DNA of 64,000 nt from positions 91,056-155,055 of the forward strand of contig OY970070.1 of the NCBI GenBank assembly GCA_963705355.1, written 5' to 3'. Below are positions 58,860 through 64,000 of the stretch, piece after piece. Numbering within the stretch: position 1 is the stretch's first letter; each line of letters starts with the position of its first letter. The notes under the pieces were generated by a model. That model was not told the origin of the DNA. It saw only the letters and a program-made list of their open reading frames with translations, and did not search any database. A program made the position numbers and the translations under genes. This DNA comes from an uncultured Thermoplasmata archaeon. Lineage in GTDB: Archaea > Thermoplasmatota > Thermoplasmata > UBA10834.

Positions 58860-60148
58860 GAGCCCCTGACCGAATCCCATCGAATGCCACGGTCTACAAA
58901 AATCTGTCCCTCTTTCATGACCATCGTAATACTCTGGTTGTCAAGCATTGAGCGCAGATTCTTTAGTGGGTCCTCCCTAAGGAGGAGAAGGTCGGCGTAT
59001 TTCCCGACTTCAATCGTACCAATTCTTGATTCCATATTCACGCCTTTCGAAGCGACTTTCGTACTAGCTAGGAGGGCTTGCATGGGTGTCATGCCTGCGT
59101 CAGCCATCGCCACAAGCTCTTTCGCATTTGTGCCCTGTTCCACCATTGGTGAGCCCATAAAGTCGCTTCCGTGGGCGATTTGGATTCCGGTTTTCAGACA
59201 CTCCTTGAAATTGTCCAGCTGGACATCCCGGGCCTCTCTTGCCTTTCTCGTCGCCCACTCCGTGATTCCAATCTTCTCACCGTATTCCGCCATGTAGCCG
59301 ACGATTGCCAACGTCGGATTGAAAATGACACCTTTCTCGACAAACATCCTGCGAATTCCACCATCCTGCCAATAGCCATGGAATATCACATCAACCCCAC
59401 CTTCGATAGCGTTCTCCACTCCCTTGTAGGCAGAGGAATGCGAACACACAATCCTGCCGGTCTTGTGGGCTTCTTCGGTAATGGCCTTGACTTCTTCTAT
59501 GGTGAAGTGCCAGTGCGTCGACTCATCCTTTTCGGACAGCATGCCTCCTGTAGTGCAAGTTTTGATTAGGTCAGCCCCATCTCGAATCTGCTCTCTAGCG
59601 GCTTTCCGACATTCATCAGGACCATCTGCAATCCGACCTATGCCGATACCGTTGGCGATTTCGGCTGGCAGAAACATGAACATGTCTCCATGGCCGGCAG
59701 TTTGGCTGATAAGTCGACCGGCAGCCAGAATACGGGGTCCGACGATGGCCCCCTCTCGAATGGCGTTCCGCAGTTGTATGGCAGCTCGGCTGCCAGCGTC
59801 CTGAATTGTGGTGTATCCTGCCTCGAGGTATGCCTTGACGTCTGCAACTGCTCGAATTATTCCGATATTTGATGTAAAATCCAGCAACCAGTCCATTGGA
59901 TTCCAACTGCGGACACCAATCAGGTGCGTATGAACATCAATCAGCCCCGGCATCAGAACTTGCTCAGTTGCATCGATCCATTTCGCTTCTTTCGGGACGT
60001 CTACTGCAGATTCCTTTCCGATCTCAGTAATGCGTCCGTCACGCACTAGGACTAGTTGGTCCCGCCTCTGCCCAGCTCCTGTACAATCAATAAGAAGTCC
60101 GCAGCGAATTGCCACGGGTCCGCTCTTCTTGTCATCAATCATGGACAT
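58838..60148 (-). CDS. metal-dependent amidohydrolase (imidazolonepropionase/aryldialkylphosphatase-like superfamily)
   Basis: PGLIDVHTHL (HxH), an internal K/H/H set (GADLIKTC, HSSAY, FHGY) and a C-terminal GTIEVGKYADLLLL. Confidence 0.78.
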   Translation of the reverse strand: MSMIDDKKSGPVAIRCGLLIDCTGAGQRRDQLVLVRDGRITEIGKESAVDVPKEAKWIDATEQVLMPGLIDVHTHLIGVRSWNPMDWLLDFTSNIGIIRAVADVKAYLEAGYTTIQDAGSRAAIQLRNAIREGAIVGPRILAAGRLISQTAGHGDMFMFLPAEIANGIGIGRIADGPDECRKAAREQIRDGADLIKTCTTGGMLSEKDESTHWHFTIEEVKAITEEAHKTGRIVCSHSSAYKGVENAIEGGVDVIFHGYWQDGGIRRMFVEKGVIFNPTLAIVGYMAEYGEKIGITEWATRKAREARDVQLDNFKECLKTGIQIAHGSDFMGSPMVEQGTNAKELVAMADAGMTPMQALLASTKVASKGVNMESRIGTIEVGKYADLLLLREDPLKNLRSMLDNQSITMVMKEGQIFVDRGIRWDSVRGSHTSRTR

Positions 60149-60297
60149 CCCTCACAGAACGCCGACGAGGTTTCCCGAGCCCAAATGATCATCTCAACGC
60201 CGGAGCGTTCATACCATATATCGTAGTCATTGACTTCAAATGTACTCCGGCAAATGCCGAGTGAAATATTGAATCCAACTAGGACTATTGTTATTGT

Positions 60298-61278
60298 ATG
60301 AGAATTTTGCGACAACATGATGTCACAGAACTGTTGACTTTGAAAGACGCCATACGCCTGATGCGAGAAGCCTTTGAGGCCCTCGGCAACAAGTCGGTTT
60401 CGATGCCTCCAAGAGTATTCGTCAAGGCAGAGCGATTTCGAGGATCAATAGCGTTCATGTCGGCATATGTAGAACCGATAAACGCGATGGGGATGAAAGC
60501 AGTCGCTCTTTATGAGGAGAATCCATCTAGGTTATCATTACCTTCAATCTTGGGCTTGATGCTCCTTTTCGAGGCAGACAGCGGCCGTACCCTGGCGGTG
60601 ATGGATGCCGGACCAATTACGGCTATGAGGACTGCAGCTGTGAGCGCTCTTGCTACAGATTTCCTAGCGAGAAAGGACGCCCGTGCTGCGGGATTTCTTG
60701 GGGCTGGCGTCCAAGGTCGAGCTCATGTTGCCGCTATGCTGGAGGTAAGGCCGATCCGTCAGGTCTTCGTTTTTGACACAATCCCGTCCAAGGCCGAGGA
60801 TTATGCCCGCTGGGTTTCTGAAGAGTTCGGTATCGAGGCAAGAGCAATGCCAGACGCCAAAAGCGTCGTGGTCAATTCCGACATTGTTACAACTGCTACT
60901 CCATCTCGGTCTCCTATCCTCCAGGGTTCCTGGGTCCAAGCCGGGACTCATCTAAACGTCGTAGGCTCTGGCCCTGCAGTTGAAATAGATGGAACGACTT
61001 ACGCCCGCGCAACAAAAATCGTGGTTGACCAGATGGAATCAGCGATTGCAGAGGCTCAGGATCTACTTGGTTCCATAAAAAACGGAATCCTCACTCGCGA
61101 ACAGATCTATGCTGAACTCTGTGATCTGGTCCTGAAACGAAAAATCGGGAGGGAAAGGTCGGACGAGATTACAATTTTCCGCTCCCTTGGGTTGGCAATT
61201 GAGGATGTCGTAGCAGCTAAGCACGTTTACGACTTGGCAGTCCAGAGAGCTCGGGGGCTTGAGGTCGAGTTCCCTTGA
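60298..61278 (+). CDS. ornithine cyclodeaminase / mu-crystallin family protein
   Basis: TAMRTAAVSALATDFLAR and the Rossmann motif GFLGAGVQGRAH. Confidence 0.8.
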   Translation: MRILRQHDVTELLTLKDAIRLMREAFEALGNKSVSMPPRVFVKAERFRGSIAFMSAYVEPINAMGMKAVALYEENPSRLSLPSILGLMLLFEADSGRTLAVMDAGPITAMRTAAVSALATDFLARKDARAAGFLGAGVQGRAHVAAMLEVRPIRQVFVFDTIPSKAEDYARWVSEEFGIEARAMPDAKSVVVNSDIVTTATPSRSPILQGSWVQAGTHLNVVGSGPAVEIDGTTYARATKIVVDQMESAIAEAQDLLGSIKNGILTREQIYAELCDLVLKRKIGRERSDEITIFRSLGLAIEDVVAAKHVYDLAVQRARGLEVEFP

Positions 61279-62651
61279 CCCAGTTCTCTGGTTCGGGTCT
61301 TGTCTCTTCAGGCAACCATGGCAACGCTTTGGCCAACTACCTTGCTAGTCGCTCGGATGCTGATGTTGACCTACTTGCCTCCTTGGTGAGAATCCCTAGT
61401 ATAGCCTCCGATGGTGAAGCCGTTCGCTCAATCACTGACGAATTGAGAAACACAATTATGGAGGCAGGTTTTGACGCCAAGATCCTGCGTGGCCCGGGTC
61501 TGCCCGCCGTGTTTGGTCAGTCCCCCTCTAGGCGCAGATGTCCGACCTTTCTGTTCTACGGTCATTACGATGTGCAGCCTGCTGATCCCCTTTCAGAATG
61601 GTCGTCACCTCCATTCGAGCCTACAATTCGGGATGAGCGGATCTACGGAAGAGGCGTCGCTGACGATAAGGGCCAGATGCTCTGTACGATTCGTGGCGCG
61701 GCCGCAGCCTACGCGATTCAGCCGGATTTACCAATCAATGTGAAATTCTTCTTCGAGGGCGAAGAGGAAATTGGCAGCCCAACATTGAGACAGCTCATGA
61801 AAGGACACGAATCGACACTCAAAGCTGATCTGATGGTCGGGTCGGATGGGTGGCTTGACCGTTCAGGAAGGACAACCCTTATCCTGGGGTGGAAGGGTGT
61901 ATTATGCGTAGAAATTGAGAGCCGCATGCCTTTCCTAGATCTTCACTCGAGCCAGGCTCCTTGCTACCCGAGTGCTGCGTGGAATCTTACCAAACTGTTG
62001 AGCAGCATGGTGGATGACAAGGGACGATGTCGCATACCAGGTTTCGAATCAGACATCATCCAAGATCCCGACTCAGATCGGCTGATTGCGGCCCTTCCGC
62101 TCCCGAAGTTTGAGCCCAAGGAGGTTGCAGAACTTCGCTCGGGGACTGCGCCGCACAACTTCTTCCTGCATATGCTTGGCCGGCCGACGTGCAACATTGC
62201 CGGGCTCAGTGCTGGGTATATGGGTCCCGGGTTCAAGACCGTTCTTCCGAGCAGAGCTGTCGCACGCGTTGACTTCCGTCTGGTTCCAGACCAAAAACCA
62301 GACAAGATCTTGTCGCTCTTCCGCGATTTCGTAGCATCCACTGACCACACGGACATTCGGGTACGAAAGATCATTGGCCATCCCCCTTCGCAAACCCCCT
62401 GGGGGTTGGCAATGACGAAGCGGGTTGTTGATGCGATACACCGCTCAGGTGAGCAGGATATTATTATCTTCCCACGACACGAAGGGACCGGCCCAGACTA
62501 TCTATTCCACGAGATCTTGGGTCTCCCTGTGTATTGGCTACCAGCTGCGTCCGATGACTGCCACATGCACGGGCCAGATGAAAACATGCGCATCCTGGAT
62601 TTGCACAATGGAATATCAAGGATTGCAAAGCTATTGCTCAATTTTCCGTAG
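61275..62651 (+). CDS. M20 family metallopeptidase (dipeptidase / deacylase)
   Basis: YGHYDVQP, GRGVADDKG, FFFEGEEEIGS and a C-terminal HGPDE. Confidence 0.82.
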   Translation: MTQFSGSGLVSSGNHGNALANYLASRSDADVDLLASLVRIPSIASDGEAVRSITDELRNTIMEAGFDAKILRGPGLPAVFGQSPSRRRCPTFLFYGHYDVQPADPLSEWSSPPFEPTIRDERIYGRGVADDKGQMLCTIRGAAAAYAIQPDLPINVKFFFEGEEEIGSPTLRQLMKGHESTLKADLMVGSDGWLDRSGRTTLILGWKGVLCVEIESRMPFLDLHSSQAPCYPSAAWNLTKLLSSMVDDKGRCRIPGFESDIIQDPDSDRLIAALPLPKFEPKEVAELRSGTAPHNFFLHMLGRPTCNIAGLSAGYMGPGFKTVLPSRAVARVDFRLVPDQKPDKILSLFRDFVASTDHTDIRVRKIIGHPPSQTPWGLAMTKRVVDAIHRSGEQDIIIFPRHEGTGPDYLFHEILGLPVYWLPAASDDCHMHGPDENMRILDLHNGISRIAKLLLNFP

Positions 62652-63762
62652 GCTGGCTCATGGGCCGAGTCTGCAGTTCCTCAACCGGCACATATGATTC
62701 CTTAGAACCGAGCACGTCTTCCAACACCTTCTGATAAAGGGGAATTGCACGGGGGTCGCGACACTTTGTGTGGATAGGTATTCCGAGGACACGGACCTTT
62801 AAGCCTCTTCTAATGTCTGCATTCGTAATAGGGCGACCCTCGTGGTTAAGATAAGTAATGATGTCTGGCAACATCGCAGCTAGCAACCCGTGAGACCAGC
62901 GCGCAAGAATGCTTTCGTTTTTTAGAAAAATCGACAATTTCCGTCTTCTTGACCGACCGTACCCTTCCACCTGAATAAGGCCATGATCGGAGCCGATCGG
63001 CGAAGTCCGTACTTCTTTTTTTGCCACACTTCCGTCGATTAGAAGAAACCCCCCAGTCGTCTTCAGAACCGCCTCGAGCGGATCCTGCCCGCGTGTCATC
63101 AATTTTGTCATCATGGCTCCCAACGCACGTTCCATAGAGATCATGTTGGGTACCATTGCAGCGCGAGCCTTAGCTCCCGACATTACATATCCCGCCGTAC
63201 CGCTTATCAGTCCAAATTCCCGAAGAACAGCTCGAGCGTATCGATCAACCTCGATCGCGGTGCTCCCGTAGATGACTGCGGAGTGGCCATGGCCGTCAGC
63301 GAGTGCAAAGGGAGACATTGGAATGCGGTGGACTTCAAACATAGATATGTACCATTCACAGACTGCACGTCCGGTTCCATCACAGTCGATTACAGGGATA
63401 CCTTTCAATGCTGCTGCATAGAAGGGGACTAGGCTGTTATAGCCCCCGGACTCGAAAGGAACTAGATAGTCGATCTTCTTCCCAAGGACCCGCTCGAGTG
63501 TTTCCAGAGCGAAGAAGTTTTGGACGACGCATTCACGGTTTTGGAGAACTTCCGGTGATCCAAATCCGCATGTAGCTGCCACTATAGCTTCGTCCGGAAC
63601 CTCCTCCAAAGGGAGGAGGGAGACGGACTCTGTGATCCTGCTTATGGCACTCACGACAGCGTTACCAGCCCCGGGTGAGCCTCCTCCTCCTGACCCGAAA
63701 ACCGTAGCGCCTTGGACGATATTCCGCAAGTCATTCATGGATAGCTTAACGATTCCGGTCAT
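62638..63762 (-). CDS. DUF917 family protein (second paralog)
   Basis: GATVFGSGGGGSPGAG at the N-terminus. Same length class as 57678..58859. Confidence 0.6.
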   Translation of the reverse strand: MTGIVKLSMNDLRNIVQGATVFGSGGGGSPGAGNAVVSAISRITESVSLLPLEEVPDEAIVAATCGFGSPEVLQNRECVVQNFFALETLERVLGKKIDYLVPFESGGYNSLVPFYAAALKGIPVIDCDGTGRAVCEWYISMFEVHRIPMSPFALADGHGHSAVIYGSTAIEVDRYARAVLREFGLISGTAGYVMSGAKARAAMVPNMISMERALGAMMTKLMTRGQDPLEAVLKTTGGFLLIDGSVAKKEVRTSPIGSDHGLIQVEGYGRSRRRKLSIFLKNESILARWSHGLLAAMLPDIITYLNHEGRPITNADIRRGLKVRVLGIPIHTKCRDPRAIPLYQKVLEDVLGSKESYVPVEELQTRPMSQPTEN

Positions 63763-63775
63763 GCCGCCACTCTTC

Positions 63776-64000
63776 CTAACTTACGTCAAATACACAATCA
63801 TCAGATTGACCATGTTTGACCCATATCAGCGCCTTTTCCGTCCCTCGCCGCCAGATCCGATTTCCGAGCCCGCGCAACTCGGCAATATCCGTTGCTTGGC
63901 CAACTCTTGCAACTTTGATGCATCCGTTTTGATCTCGCGGCTGTGATATGCCATAGGACAATATGAACTCTGCCAGCTTCGGAAAATATGCCATCATTCC
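63776..64000 (-). CDS. hypothetical protein, probably 5'-truncated by the window edge
   Basis: The ORF runs to the window end. No motif recognised. Confidence 0.3.
   Translation of the reverse strand, partial: GMMAYFPKLAEFILSYGISQPRDQNGCIKVARVGQATDIAELRGLGNRIWRRGTEKALIWVKHGQSDDCVFDVS

Overview
Archaeal chromosome segment. The evidence is a DNA polymerase D large subunit, Rpo3/RpoD, an S13-S4-S11-RpoD operon, archaeal-type AlaRS and MetAP, and a 23S rRNA flanked by a bulge-helix-bulge-like processing stem. All family calls come from motif recognition by eye in the supplied translations. No searches or computations were run.

Coordinates 1-31.4 kb are mostly housekeeping genes:
- hutU, a NOG1-type GTPase, polD-L, rpoD and three ribosomal protein genes
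- a NikR-controlled Cbi/Nik ECF transporter, alaS and sucCD
- a membrane protein plus Ras-like GTPase pair, tsaC and map

A stand-alone 23S rRNA gene lies on the minus strand at about 19.4-22.6 kb. No 16S or 5S gene is present anywhere in the window. The 23S gene carries a 254-nt structured insertion that splits the universally conserved domain IV sequence CUUAAGGU|AGCGUAAUACC.

At 31.43 kb an intact tRNA-Leu(CAA) is followed by an integrase-bearing island of about 15.5 kb that looks lower in GC. The island ends in decayed tRNA-Leu fragments next to a 5'-truncated acetamidase gene. Its cargo is the most interesting part of the window:
- two TIR-type proteins
- a six-gene minus-strand operon encoding a QueC-like protein, NurA-like nuclease, HerA-like ATPase, a 1414-aa P-loop NTPase, an ArcS-type DUF5591 protein and a TGT/DpdA-like protein. 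I cannot place this combination in any described defence or modification system.
- a 1.1-kb ORF-poor stretch dense in iteron-like repeats

The right third (47-64 kb) holds ornithine aminotransferase, a 3'-defective tRNA-Leu(CAG)-like gene, a Bat-type HTH regulator and a peptide-type ABC transporter with an OppC-OppD fusion and a PKD-domain binding protein. It ends with an amide/amino-acid catabolic cluster (two DUF917 paralogs, an amidohydrolase, ornithine cyclodeaminase and an M20 peptidase).
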